This document shows positions 22,007 to 33,900 of a DNA stretch of 64,000 bases, one piece after another. The notes under the pieces are model-generated. The model saw only the letters and a list, made by a program, of their open reading frames with translations, did no database searches and was not told the DNA's origin. The stretch's first letter is position 1. Every line of letters begins with the position of its first letter. Source of the stretch: Nemertoderma westbladi (Eukaryota; Animalia; Xenacoelomorpha); NCBI GenBank assembly GCA_032718475.1, contig JAUCBJ010000528.1, positions 1-64,000 of the forward strand, read 5' to 3'. Both the position numbers and the translations under genes were made by a program.

Positions 22007-25000
22007 ATGTCTGACACCCAGCAAAACCTGTCAGACAGTCTAATCGATACAACCATCTGTGACACAGATAGGAGTGTGGAGCGATTAAGAAAGGGGTTCA
22101 GCTCACCTCCTACTGAAAGAAAGGTCATCCCTCCAGTAGTAGTATCAGACCCTATGCTAATCCAACACCGTAGGTCTATCATCGGCACTCGGGCCCAAGT
22201 CAAACGGAACCAGGAAGCAGCTGTCCAACAGCAGCAACATCCTAGGCAAGAAACTCGTTCCCAGCGACCCGATAGCTCCAGTAGTTCGGATACTGTAGAG
22301 CTGACCCCCGAACGCGGAGTGAAGATGGCGGCTACAGTCTATTCGGATCCCCTTCTCACCCTTCCTGCCGCAGTACTAACTACTATATTCATTGCGGTGG
22401 AGGAACACCAAGTCGATTGGGCGAGAAGTAAGCGAGCGACCCAAGATAGTTATGCGGGATACGCCAGGGAAGAATTGATGTCTATTGTCGAGTCACAATG
22501 GAACTTTCCCGGACCCGGACTCCCGTTAGATTTGTCCGAAGCTACTTGGGAAGACATACACAGGATGGGAGTGACTAAAGATACAATGGATCCAGCTGTT
22601 TGGAAGAGGTCGGCAGCAGGATATGTGCAAGGATTCTTCGGCTCCTTAGAGCGATTAGAAGAACAACTGTTTCGACAACCCCAAGGACCTCAAGAGCAGG
22701 AAGAGCTGCTTTATCAAGTACGCGAAAGAACCCTACGCATTAGACTAATCCTATCAGCCTTTGAGGAAACTTCTAAAAGAAGACAGGACACGTCGCTGCA
22801 AGTTGCTGTCAAGACTTGGTTCCAGCGGGTAGGTCTCAAAGTTCAAGAAACGGCCCAGTGGAAATCCCAGCTGGCTGAGAGACCAACCTATGAAGAACCA
22901 ACCGATGCCACCCTTTCTCAAGTGGAAAGCGAAGAGACAGCAGCAGAGAAGCCGCCCTCTAGAGACGCTATTGACATTTATCTGTCCGACTATCAGCGAT
23001 TCCTAGGAGACGAAGAGTTGAGGAGACGGCTGTCTGGACTTTCCCCTAATAGTGAAGGAGCCAAGCATGTGTTGGACGCAATCGATATTGAAATGCTAGC
23101 TGCAAACCAAGCTAAATTTGACGAACGTCTCCGCATAGCTAGAGCCCAAGAAGAACAAGTAAAGAAAAGGCGGATAGAAGACAGAAAGGCAACGGCAGTA
23201 GCAGCGGCAATGGCGGAGGCAGAAGCGGAAAGAAAAGCGGCTGTAGCAGCGGCAATGGCGGAGGCAGAAGCGGAAAGAAAAGCGGCTGTGGCAGCAGCAA
23301 GGGCAGTGGCAGAAGCAGAACGGAGAGCGTCTGAGGAGACTACCCAACTGGAGTTGGAAAATCTGCAAGAGACGCAAGACTGCATAAATAAACAGTTAAC
23401 TGCTAGTCAAATGCAGATGATGAGTCGATCTACTCCCAAACGCCAAGGATACACATCATCGGAGGAAGGCAAGACCACCGATCCTGAAGGCGGAGGAAAT
23501 AGATCTCGTCTAAGCAGGCGTAGAAAAACATCTCACCGTCACAAATTGCCTGATTTGCCTCCAGCGGTTAGAAGACAACTAGCTAGCACAGACTTAGGTA
23601 GTACAGAACCCACAGACCAAATTATTAAGGTCAAAAGACTCCCTACCATAGTTGATGAGCCTGAAATAATTAGGCCTGTCGTTCCCAAAACCACTCCTAT
23701 GCTAGAGACCCCTGTACTTCCAGAGCTTAACTCTAAATTCCCTTTACACAGTACTACACTGCCTGTACCCGGTAGAACAGTCCATGAGAAAATCCCTGTC
23801 CTGGACTCTGAGAGAGAAATCAAAGATTTGTCTCCCGTCGTCCCGCGTCAGCCCGCTACAATGTTGGTGACTCCCGCTTCGGCGGTCGAGTGGGTAGAGG
23901 AGGGACGGCGGGGGATGAATCTCCTGCTCGGACAGATGCAGGAGACTGTCCACCAACTTAAGGGAACAGTAAGGGAAAGTAGGGTAGAATTGCAAGAAGT
24001 GCAGCAAAGTATCGCGCTGGAACGCGACAAATTAGTCAATATACAAAAGGGTATACCAATACCCCCTGTAACATTGTGTCAACCTGTTAGGTCTGAAGTA
24101 TTACATGCGCAAGGTGTGGAGCCTACACGCATCTATACTGCTAGTGAAGTAGAAACTCCTATAGCAAACCCTATTAAGGGTGATTATAAACCTGTTGTTA
24201 ATGATATTCCCTATAGACCTGATAATGATCCGAGAAATTTATATACCGATAATTCGATATTAAATAACACGATGGCCCAAGAAAGCTTTACGCGTCAGAT
24301 GGCTAGAACAGAAGCCCGCCAAGCGGTCAAAGTGGGAGAGATCGTCAAATTCAATGGAGATGAGATGAAATGGTTACCTTTCAATGAATATTACAAAGAT
24401 AGCATACAGAACTCTGTACTATCTAACGGAGAGAAACTTAGATTCCTCATCAAGTGCTTGGAAGGACCTCCCAAGTTAATGGCGTTAAAGTTTATTGGAC
24501 ATCCAGAAGGATTAAGACAAGTTTGGGATACGTTAAACATCAGGTATGGTAACAAGGATAACATAGCTAAGTATTTGTATGCAAAATTAGTAGCCCCCCG
24601 AAACTTCCTTAGTAGCGGGATTATAGAGTTTTCCGATGAGATTCAGGAGATCTGTAGACAATTGGACTGGTTAGGTAAGTCTCATGAATATCAGAGTTCC
24701 ATGGTTATTGGAGCCGTAGTCTCTACTTTACCAAAGGGTGGAGTATGTACACGCTGGGATAAGAAAGTGTTGTATATGAATGAGCAGCAACGACGAAGCC
24801 CTACCATGGCTGATCTCATGTCCTTCTTAGATAGTGAAGTAAAATTACAACTCATAAAGCAGTCCAGAGAGAAAACATCGGAAAATAAGGTAAGTGAGAA
24901 ACCCATTTCTAGGAGAAGGATAATACCAGTGTGTTATACTGACGACGGCGAAAGCCAAGCTTCTCAAGAAGAGGACAGCGGGAACGACACAGCAAAATCT

Positions 25001-28000
25001 TACTATGACAACAAGACCTATAAAGACGTAAGTAAATATAAGTCTCGAACCAGTGACAGGAGAGAACAGGTAACAACAACTCCTCCTACGTCTCCTAAGA
25101 GAATTCACGGAAGAAAGCCCGAAGAAAGAACGAGAGTGCATAACGTTACCCAAGGTAAAGTGAGTAACATCAAACCAAAATGTGCGCTGTGCGACGGGCC
25201 CCACCGTTTGAGTGTGTGTGCTGAATTCCTAAAGAAATCCCTGGTAGACAGACGTGAAGTCATGTGGGATAAGCGGTTATGCTATAATTGCCTCAGATCA
25301 GGACACCAACGGCGAACCTGTTACTCCGACGTAAAGTGTGCAAAGTGTGGCGCGAAACATCACATCTTGTTACACAGTGAGTTCGAACGAGACAACCCGA
25401 GTCAGGTAAGTGAGCCCGAACTACATGTCCAATTCAGTGATGTAAATGACACTGATCAAGAGTCTGAGATGGAAGGATTCTATACTGACGAATTCTCCGA
25501 CGCCAACGAATCCTGTTACCTAATAAATACCGCAGTGTATCGAGCACTTACTTACGAAAAGGACACCGACAATGAGTTTCCCCCAACTACTTTTGCCAGA
25601 CAACCATCTTGGAAAGCTCCAACTTCCAACGTAGGAATCAGAGAATTTCCTGTAGTGCAGGTAAGAGTTCACGGTCCTAACAAAAGTTACATAGTGAACG
25701 CCCTCCTTGACTCCGGCAGCACAGGAACATTCATCGATCAAGAACTAGCCGAAGATATCTTTGCTGGACAACCCAAATTCCGGACTAAATTGAATATGTC
25801 AGGAATTATGCAGGTTTGGAAATCTACCCTAACGGCAGATTACTATGTAGGTGTGTTGTCCACCCCCCAGGATAAATTAGGAGCACAAGGTATAAGGTCG
25901 GTAAAAATGGTGGCTATAAAGAACTTCGCTACTACCCAAGCAGAACTTTATAATTGGGACGAGGATGAGAGCATCCAACAGCTTAAGATACCTCGATTCC
26001 AGACAGATTATCCTGGAGTGCAAATACTCATCGGCCAAAACGCGCATGAGGCGCTCGAGACATTGGAGAAACGGCCTGCTCAACCGCAGCCACTGCAAAC
26101 CTATGCGGTAAGAACTAGAGTAGGTTGGTACTTTACTGGCCCTTGCCGCAGAACTCTCGAAGAGAGAATGCCACAAGAACGAATATGCCAAGTAAACGAT
26201 TGGGAAGTGGAGAGCAGTGAGGTGGACGAACTAACTGAGGGAACACCATACTCCTCAGATAATGACGACATCTACCAACTCTTCGATGAAGAGAACACAA
26301 TCGACCTACTTACAGAAAACAAAACTTGGAAAAACCAGGTGAACCTATGTCAACTGATTCGCCCATCGGGACCCATTGATTACAATGACGAACTAAATGA
26401 TGAGATAGAGCGCTACAACGCTAGAACTCGGGACGAACTCGCCGCACAATTCTTTACTCAAGAATTGGTAGAGCCCAATTCATACGATAAGGCCCTATCG
26501 ATAGAAGAAGAAAGAGCCAAGCAAATCCAGGAAACAACTACACGTTTTTTAAAAGATCAAGGTAGATATGAAATCGGCCTACCATTTCGAAAACGAGAAC
26601 CTAGATTTATAAATAACAGACCCTTGGCAGAGAAAAGAATCACTCAATTACATCGACGTCTTACGGCTAACGCTTCAGCTAAAGAAATGTACCAAACTCA
26701 GTTGAAGAAATTTATTACAAAGGGATACGCGGAGCGAGTACCGGAAGGAACACCAGTAACTGAGAGAACGTATTACTTAACACATCATTACGTTCCCAAA
26801 CCCGGTAAACCCCATGAAGTACGAGTCGTATTCGATGGCTCTGCTCTATATATGGGCCAATCCCTCAATTCCGAGTTGTTACCAGGACCCAACTTACTCC
26901 AATCTTTGTTGGGAATACTTTTAAGATTAAGACAATATTCCATCGCATTCGCCTCCGATATAGAAGGAATGTTCTTACAAGTCAAGGCGCTGGATAGAGA
27001 TAGAGACAGCCTAAGATTTCTGTGGTGGCCTGAAGGAGATCTCAACCAGAAACCGGTAGAGTACTGGATGACCATCCAGGCTTTTGGGATCATATCTAGC
27101 CCTTCCAACGCCTGCTCCGTGGTGCGGACCACTGCGAATGACAACCGAGACGCCTTCTCCAAAGAGGTGATAGACAACATCAAACGCGATATATACATGG
27201 ACGACAATTTAAAGTCCCTTCCATCAGTAGAAGAAGCCATTGATGTTGCGAAAGGAACGGTAGAGTGTTTGAAAAGAGGTGGATTTCGACTGACGAAATT
27301 CACCAGCAACTCCCGTGAGTTTGTGGAAGCGATACCGGTAGAAGACCGAGGAACGAAAGACCTAGACTTAATAAAGGACGATCTTCCAGAAACCAAGACG
27401 CTTGGCTTGAAGTGGGACACTGAAAGAGATATCCTGTTTTTTCAGCTAAAACAGCGAGATAATCCAGTTCGGACCAAACGGATTTGTTTAAGTATCCTGA
27501 GCACTTATTTCGACCCATTGGGATTTATTAGCCCAGTTATATTGATTGCTCGGAGTTTAGTACAACAAATGTGGCTTGAAAACCACTCATGGGACGATCC
27601 GCTTAAGGGAGAACTGTTAAAGAAATGGATGAAATGGGAAGATTCTCTACCTGCCATCGAGAGCTTTGTAATTTCCCGTGCATATTTTGGTCATGTTCTT
27701 CTTACATATTCCTATCAACTCCATGTGTTTGGAGACGCCAGCGACATGGGAATAGGTATAGTAGCATATCTGCGAGTCGAAACTCCGGATGGAATCAAAG
27801 TCGCCTTGGTTACCTCTAAGGCATTGATTAACAACAAGTTAAAGGTTCCTCGAGCGGAGTTAAAGGCGGCTTTATACGCTACAGCCATTGGCCGGAACGT
27901 AACAGAACAAATCGACTATCCACTGGAGAAAACTGTTTATTGGACCGACGCTTTACTCGTGTTGGAGTATATAACCAATGAAGTCTGTCAGTTCAGCGTT

Positions 28001-30079
28001 TTTGTTACTAACAGTGTAGCTATTATTCTTAGTCGCACAAAGATAGATCAATGGAGACATTGCCCTGGTACGATTAATCCAGCCGATATCGCCTCCAGGG
28101 GAGCGACTCCACAGGAACTGATAGATACTCCAGACTGGTTGGGTGGACCCGACTTCCTGAGTAAGGAAGAGGATGAATGGCCTCCTCACCTTACTACGGC
28201 GGAGATTAGACAAGCCAAGGGAGCGGAGAAAGTCAAACCTAAAACCCGGGCGAGTAAATCGAAGTTATTTAAACCGACGATCGATCTATCTGTATTGCAT
28301 ACTTCCGGAAACGATGCTTCGGATCCACAATCCCTCGCCACAAATAAGTCTGTTGTGGAAATTAGAGATAGAGATTGGAAATCTGGAACACCAGACGTCT
28401 CGCAAGGAATCTCACCCCTGCTGCAGAGAGCAATGCATCACTACAGTTCCTGGAATCGGCTCTGTAAAGCCGTCACATATTTAAGGCGATGTTTTCATCA
28501 TCACTACTCCAGGACGAAGACCATTAGTGATACCGCTCCATTGACATCTGCGCAAGTTCATGTTATTAAAAATTTACCCAAATATAAGACATCCGACCGG
28601 TTTCTAAAGGAAAAAATCAGTTACCAGGAGCATGAAGAAACCAATAAGCAGATACTGAGACTCCTGCAATGCTATGAGGATTCCGATAAGTATTTCCTGT
28701 TGTTGAGAAATCCGCAGATGCGCTTAAGGGATCGCTTCTCTAGCACAATGATAGATGGGTTAATACGTGTTGGAGGAAGGCTCACCAATGCGCCATTATC
28801 CTTTGACACTAAATTCCCCATACTCATTAGAAATCTTGAAGTACAAATCAAGATGATTGTAGATGTTCACAGTAAACTTTATCATGCTGGTAGAGAACGA
28901 GTTCTTAGCGAAATTCGAACTCGCTATTATTTTGATAAACCCCGTAGAGCTCTGAACCAAGTTCTTAGGAACTGCATACCCTGTAGGAAAGCATTCAGTA
29001 GGCCTTTAACACAGCGAGAGGCAGAATTACCTAGGGAACGAGTAAGCTTCTATGAACCACCTTTTACTAATACTGGTGTAGATTTATTTGGCCCTATTGA
29101 AGTATATCGTGCTAGGACTATAGTCAAGAGATGGTGTGTCATCTTCATATGCATGACTTGTAGAGCCATCCATCTCGATATGGTGAACGATCTATCTACC
29201 AACAGCTTCGTCTTAAGTTTACGCCGACAGATCGCTCTCTTCGGGACGAGTAATACCATGAGATCGGATAAGGGAACGAACTTCATTGGTGCCAACAACG
29301 AAATCCAGGCTTACGTGAAGGACTTGAACCAAAGACAGGTGGACGATCAGCTAAGGATAACAGCGTCTAGCTGGACCTTCAACGCCGCCGACGCCCCTTG
29401 GTGGGGAGGAAGTTGGGAGAGATTAATTAGAAGTGTCAAGACCGCATTTCACTTTATAGTGCCATGCCGCGCGTATCTCACCGATGAACTTTTGCGGATG
29501 TTAATGGAGGAAATAGCTGCCTATCTCAACGAGAGACCGCTTATGCCAGTCTCATCGAGTCCCGATTCCCTGGAAGCGCTAACACCCGCGCACTTCCTAC
29601 TGAAGAAACCTGTAGCCATGCTCCCACGATCGGAGATTACCGACGGAGACGAATACTGCCGTCGAACTTGGCAACTTAAGCAGTTGCTATCCCGTCGTTT
29701 TGCTGACCATTTCGAGAAACATTATCTGCCCACGCTACAACTTCGAACTAAGTGGTTTGCGCAGCAAGAAAACGTCAGCGCCGGAGATATGGTGCTTATT
29801 GTAGATTCAGACCTCCCACGTAAACGGTGGCAGACAGGTCGTATCATCGAGACTCACATCTCGGATGATGGTTTAGTACGCTCGGTAGAACTCGTCGTCA
29901 TGCGGCGTAACTTCAAGAAGCCAGGCATAATCTTTGAGACGCAACAACTCAACAGCCCAGTTGGTCGTTTATGTTTACTGGAAAGAGACAGAGAACTCTC
30001 CGGAAACTATGGAAGGCAAGACACTCTTCCCACGACCACCTCCCTAATTCCTCAAACATCTAGGGACTCCCCAACGTGA
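22007..30079 (+). CDS. BEL/Pao Gag-Pol polyprotein (2690 aa)
   Basis: Gag with three Zn knuckles; ALLDSGS protease; RT (RVVFDGS, SDIEGMFLQV, YMDD); Pao RNase H (LHVFGDAS, PRAEL, WTDA); integrase HHCC plus GVDLFGP/RSDKGTNF/WGGSWERL; C-terminal DUF5641-like region; no stops. Confidence 0.97.
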   Translation: MSDTQQNLSDSLIDTTICDTDRSVERLRKGFSSPPTERKVIPPVVVSDPMLIQHRRSIIGTRAQVKRNQEAAVQQQQHPRQETRSQRPDSSSSSDTVELTPERGVKMAATVYSDPLLTLPAAVLTTIFIAVEEHQVDWARSKRATQDSYAGYAREELMSIVESQWNFPGPGLPLDLSEATWEDIHRMGVTKDTMDPAVWKRSAAGYVQGFFGSLERLEEQLFRQPQGPQEQEELLYQVRERTLRIRLILSAFEETSKRRQDTSLQVAVKTWFQRVGLKVQETAQWKSQLAERPTYEEPTDATLSQVESEETAAEKPPSRDAIDIYLSDYQRFLGDEELRRRLSGLSPNSEGAKHVLDAIDIEMLAANQAKFDERLRIARAQEEQVKKRRIEDRKATAVAAAMAEAEAERKAAVAAAMAEAEAERKAAVAAARAVAEAERRASEETTQLELENLQETQDCINKQLTASQMQMMSRSTPKRQGYTSSEEGKTTDPEGGGNRSRLSRRRKTSHRHKLPDLPPAVRRQLASTDLGSTEPTDQIIKVKRLPTIVDEPEIIRPVVPKTTPMLETPVLPELNSKFPLHSTTLPVPGRTVHEKIPVLDSEREIKDLSPVVPRQPATMLVTPASAVEWVEEGRRGMNLLLGQMQETVHQLKGTVRESRVELQEVQQSIALERDKLVNIQKGIPIPPVTLCQPVRSEVLHAQGVEPTRIYTASEVETPIANPIKGDYKPVVNDIPYRPDNDPRNLYTDNSILNNTMAQESFTRQMARTEARQAVKVGEIVKFNGDEMKWLPFNEYYKDSIQNSVLSNGEKLRFLIKCLEGPPKLMALKFIGHPEGLRQVWDTLNIRYGNKDNIAKYLYAKLVAPRNFLSSGIIEFSDEIQEICRQLDWLGKSHEYQSSMVIGAVVSTLPKGGVCTRWDKKVLYMNEQQRRSPTMADLMSFLDSEVKLQLIKQSREKTSENKVSEKPISRRRIIPVCYTDDGESQASQEEDSGNDTAKSYYDNKTYKDVSKYKSRTSDRREQVTTTPPTSPKRIHGRKPEERTRVHNVTQGKVSNIKPKCALCDGPHRLSVCAEFLKKSLVDRREVMWDKRLCYNCLRSGHQRRTCYSDVKCAKCGAKHHILLHSEFERDNPSQVSEPELHVQFSDVNDTDQESEMEGFYTDEFSDANESCYLINTAVYRALTYEKDTDNEFPPTTFARQPSWKAPTSNVGIREFPVVQVRVHGPNKSYIVNALLDSGSTGTFIDQELAEDIFAGQPKFRTKLNMSGIMQVWKSTLTADYYVGVLSTPQDKLGAQGIRSVKMVAIKNFATTQAELYNWDEDESIQQLKIPRFQTDYPGVQILIGQNAHEALETLEKRPAQPQPLQTYAVRTRVGWYFTGPCRRTLEERMPQERICQVNDWEVESSEVDELTEGTPYSSDNDDIYQLFDEENTIDLLTENKTWKNQVNLCQLIRPSGPIDYNDELNDEIERYNARTRDELAAQFFTQELVEPNSYDKALSIEEERAKQIQETTTRFLKDQGRYEIGLPFRKREPRFINNRPLAEKRITQLHRRLTANASAKEMYQTQLKKFITKGYAERVPEGTPVTERTYYLTHHYVPKPGKPHEVRVVFDGSALYMGQSLNSELLPGPNLLQSLLGILLRLRQYSIAFASDIEGMFLQVKALDRDRDSLRFLWWPEGDLNQKPVEYWMTIQAFGIISSPSNACSVVRTTANDNRDAFSKEVIDNIKRDIYMDDNLKSLPSVEEAIDVAKGTVECLKRGGFRLTKFTSNSREFVEAIPVEDRGTKDLDLIKDDLPETKTLGLKWDTERDILFFQLKQRDNPVRTKRICLSILSTYFDPLGFISPVILIARSLVQQMWLENHSWDDPLKGELLKKWMKWEDSLPAIESFVISRAYFGHVLLTYSYQLHVFGDASDMGIGIVAYLRVETPDGIKVALVTSKALINNKLKVPRAELKAALYATAIGRNVTEQIDYPLEKTVYWTDALLVLEYITNEVCQFSVFVTNSVAIILSRTKIDQWRHCPGTINPADIASRGATPQELIDTPDWLGGPDFLSKEEDEWPPHLTTAEIRQAKGAEKVKPKTRASKSKLFKPTIDLSVLHTSGNDASDPQSLATNKSVVEIRDRDWKSGTPDVSQGISPLLQRAMHHYSSWNRLCKAVTYLRRCFHHHYSRTKTISDTAPLTSAQVHVIKNLPKYKTSDRFLKEKISYQEHEETNKQILRLLQCYEDSDKYFLLLRNPQMRLRDRFSSTMIDGLIRVGGRLTNAPLSFDTKFPILIRNLEVQIKMIVDVHSKLYHAGRERVLSEIRTRYYFDKPRRALNQVLRNCIPCRKAFSRPLTQREAELPRERVSFYEPPFTNTGVDLFGPIEVYRARTIVKRWCVIFICMTCRAIHLDMVNDLSTNSFVLSLRRQIALFGTSNTMRSDKGTNFIGANNEIQAYVKDLNQRQVDDQLRITASSWTFNAADAPWWGGSWERLIRSVKTAFHFIVPCRAYLTDELLRMLMEEIAAYLNERPLMPVSSSPDSLEALTPAHFLLKKPVAMLPRSEITDGDEYCRRTWQLKQLLSRRFADHFEKHYLPTLQLRTKWFAQQENVSAGDMVLIVDSDLPRKRWQTGRIIETHISDDGLVRSVELVVMRRNFKKPGIIFETQQLNSPVGRLCLLERDRELSGNYGRQDTLPTTTSLIPQTSRDSPT

Positions 30080-30298
30080 TACGTCTGGAGTGGGTGCATG
30101 ACTATATTATTTTATCTATTTTATTATATTTTATATGTGAACATTATTATGTACTTTATTATAATCGTTTTTATTCAATTTTATTTAGTAGAAGGTTATG
30201 TTAGATTATTTGGTAGATTAGTGCAATATATTAGTGTTTATTACGTAATTACATATATATAATATATATTTAGTGTGACGGCGAGAAATAATTTTTTC

Positions 30299-30970
30299 TC
30301 GGAGATTACCGACGGAGACGAATACTGCCGTCGAACTTGGCAACTTATGCAGTTGCTATCCCGTCGTTTCGCTGACCATTTCGAGAAACATTATCTGCCC
30401 ACGCTACAACTTCGAACTAAGTGGTTTGCGCAGCAAGAAAACGTCAGCGCTGGAGACATGGTGCTTATTGTGGACCCCGATCTCCCACGTAAGTGATGGC
30501 AAACAGGACGTATCATCGAGACTCATATCTCGAGCGATGGTTTGGTGCGATCAGTAGAACTCGTCGTCATGCGGCGTAACTTTAAGAAACCAGGGATAGT
30601 CTTTGAGACTCAACAGCTCAACCGCCCAGTGGGTCGTTTATGTTTACTGGAAAGAGACAGAGAGCTCTCCGGAAACTATGGAAGGCAAGAAACTCTTCCC
30701 ACGACCACTTCCCTAATCCAACCGACCTCTAGGGACTCCCCAACTTAATATCGTTCGGAGTGGGCGTGTGACTCGATTATTTTATATTATATTATTATTT
30801 TTATATTTATGTATGTATTACTATGTAATTTTATTATAATCGTTTTATTTAATTTAGTAGAATATTATTTAGCGATTATTTTGTAGAATAGTGCAATATA
30901 TTCGTGTTTATTACGTACGTAATTACTTATATTATATTTAGTGAGACGGCGAAGAAATAATTATTTTTCT
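30299..30970 (+). pseudogene. Diverged tandem duplicate of the pol 3' end plus 3' UTR (period 669 bp)
   Basis: Repeats 29630-30298; carries TGA at 30494-30496 in place of a sense codon. Confidence 0.9.
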
Positions 30971-31989
30971 CTTTCCTTACTGTCCGTATTATATTATAAA
31001 TACGTAACTACAGTAAGATGAAATGTCCGTACTTATTAAAGTACAATAAAGCCACTACTGTATTTAAGTATTATTGGTAGGCAGAGTATTAGGAATGCAA
31101 AGTTCAGATCCTCGTGTCTCGGCTAAACCAAGCTCTGGGTAGACCTTGGAAACGACTTGCCTCTTCACACTGACATTGCTTCGTGCGATATTGCTCTCAT
31201 ACCATATATAATAATACATATAGTAGCGTGATGTCCCTATAACAGTAGCGTAAAACGCAAATAAATCTGTTAAACCTTTTGACCATCTGTAATTCTAGTC
31301 GATTAAGATATCGCGGCACCCACCGATATACTTGAAAGACAAATTCTAGAATCAGTGGTTAACGTCCCCAGACAAGTTCTGGAATAAATCGGTGCCCATC
31401 TTAAATATTAATTTAATATTTATTAAAATCTGTAAAATTCAGATCCTTTAAAATTTCTAGTCAATTAAGATATCGCAGCACTTACCGATACTCTTAAAAG
31501 ACAATTTTATAGAATTAAAGATCCTCAGTCCCCAGACATGCTCTGGAATAAAAATTGTGTCAATTTTAACATCAAATAATAAAATTCACGGGAATAAATT
31601 TAAATTCATATTTTAAATGAATTTCATAAATTGTCATTTTGTGCAATTTATAACATTCCCAAAATTCCATTAATTAATAGATCATGGGAGTGGAGATTCA
31701 TCCTATTGAGTGTATTAGAGTGCGAGAATCTCCAACATATAGTCAATAGCCGATAAAAAATTAATAAAATCATGCATAGAGAGGATATTGACAATTAAAG
31801 AATTACTATTAAATAGCATTCCAGATCTGTATGCATGAGAATTACCCTAATTCTACCGCTAGCTTTCCATAATGTCACCATAGCAACACCCACGCTAGAA
31901 TTAGAAGCAAGTTAAAAGAACAATAGAAAGCTTGTCCCATTGAATAGCATAGGGAATAAATAGTGCACTGATAGTATCCAAGGATACAT

Positions 31990-33900
31990 AATAATAACAT
32001 GGCATTCTGGAAGGCACTGACTAACGGACAAATGGCCTGTATGTGTACAATTGGTGACAGTTGTGTGGAATTTGTGCGTTTATAGGTGAATGTTACTGCT
32101 AAAGTATGTTTACAGTAGCTAGTCGCAATTGTGAAAGTAACCCAACTCTCCTATAGAAAGAACCTAAAGTGGATCCAAGCCTTTGGGACGGACAGTGGAG
32201 TGACTTGTGCCGGTTATCGTTGTCGTGCTGTTGCTACATGTTGGCGTAAACACCGCGACGACGGTACATCGGCGCTGAGAATCCCACAGTCCGGGGGCAA
32301 CGAGAGGTAGGCAGCGACGCCCGCTAGCCTAAACATAAACTCATTTTGATATTAATAAACTCAGATAGCAGATATGACGTAGTTGATAGAAGATGATCTT
32401 GGTATTAGGGAGCGATATACTCTACCTTTACAAGCATTTGTGGATAGCTTAATACACGGTGAAGCCGATCCAACCATTACGGAGGACGATGGTTGTTATA
32501 TCGAACCGCCGATGTCCCAAGCTGCCAAGAGCAACTTACGCGTGAATTGGACTATCGAAAATTCACCGCTCGCTATACGAATCGTAATGGTACGTATATG
32601 GACTTCTTAACTACCGGCCATCCTATCGATTTACATGATACGGACGATGTAGACACAGAAAGGGAAATGGTTCTATTTAAATATCATACCCAGCGAAGTC
32701 GGCATGATGAACCGAGAATAGAACACGAGAATTCTATTCGAAAACAACTCGAAAGATAGAACGTGGAAGAAAGCTTGTAAAGACAAATAGAGGAGAACAC
32801 TGGAGAAGAGACATGGGTTAATGTCCAGGGTCCATGATGTGAATAGTTTTCCCCCGGGGCACGGGTGCTCGCGGGCGGTCTCCTTCGGGAGGCCGTAATT
32901 TTCTCTTCCTTCATCGTTTTCCTGTAATTATTGTGATCAGTGTCACAATTAAAGGGCAAGAATGAATGATGATGTGACGGAAACATATCCATTGTGGTAT
33001 CTTATGGATACTACCATATATCCTCCCTCCTCTTTACTCCCTTTATCCCTCTATACATCGCTATTGAAAATACAACATACTTAGTCCCACCTTCTCTTCC
33101 CAATGTGCTCGGAGCTTTGGGAGACGATCGACCAATCATTGCCGTATCGTGGTATGGATCATACCGCCTCCTAATAAATCTCCCCACCCCTTACTGTTTA
33201 TTTGGATGCTTATATTGGTGTCCGCACCTCTTGTCCATGTCACATTCTGTTGATATTTATGATATCAACTTCCACCCTCTCGTTGTTGATTAGAAAATCA
33301 ACCATCAATAATTTCCTTAAGTCCACAACCGTGATACAAACAAGGACTGAAAGGACACGCGGATAGTTTGTGAACAACTGGTACCATTATGTGTCATAAA
33401 TCTGGTTGTTCACCTCCCTCAATGATTGGAGATATAAATCTTATGTAGAACAACTGAGACAAACATATCCTTGAACTGGTGTTTACCTCCTCGCACTAGG
33501 GATAAATTCATTTGGAGATAGTCTTCGAACGATTGAATCCTCCAACTGAGAACTGAGATCGTATTTCTGAATATTTCTGAATACGACATAGGTCTTCCCC
33601 TGCTCTCTACCACTACCATCAATGGAAGACATATTAGGCATACGACGGAATATGGAGAACATTCCATACCCTTTCGTTGATACTCAGCTGATTGCTCCCT
33701 GGGCAGAAGGTCGAGGTTTCTTCCGCACCATGTATGCTAATACGTCTAGCAACATTACAAAGGTGCAACGAACTTCCATCGGACATCTTGCCTTTCAGGA
33801 ATACGGATGGAATTGCTATTGTACGGATCGAATACGAATGGATTACTACACCTTGGGTACACTTTATGGACAAGGTCAACGAGACATAATAATGGTGGCA
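31990..33900 (+). pseudogene. Decayed coding-like region downstream of pol, possibly env-like/accessory ORF
   Basis: Chain of same-strand short ORFs with Cys residues, N-x-S/T sequons and hydrophobic stretches, at the position where env occurs in some BEL elements; no recognisable motif. Confidence 0.3.

Larger units (their letters stand above)
18555..33840 (+). mobile_element. BEL/Pao LTR retrotransposon with intact gag-pol; 3' LTR not found, right boundary uncertain
   Basis: TG start shared with the left copy; CCAAT box at ~18799; ~3.45-kb leader; full ORF. Confidence 0.85.
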
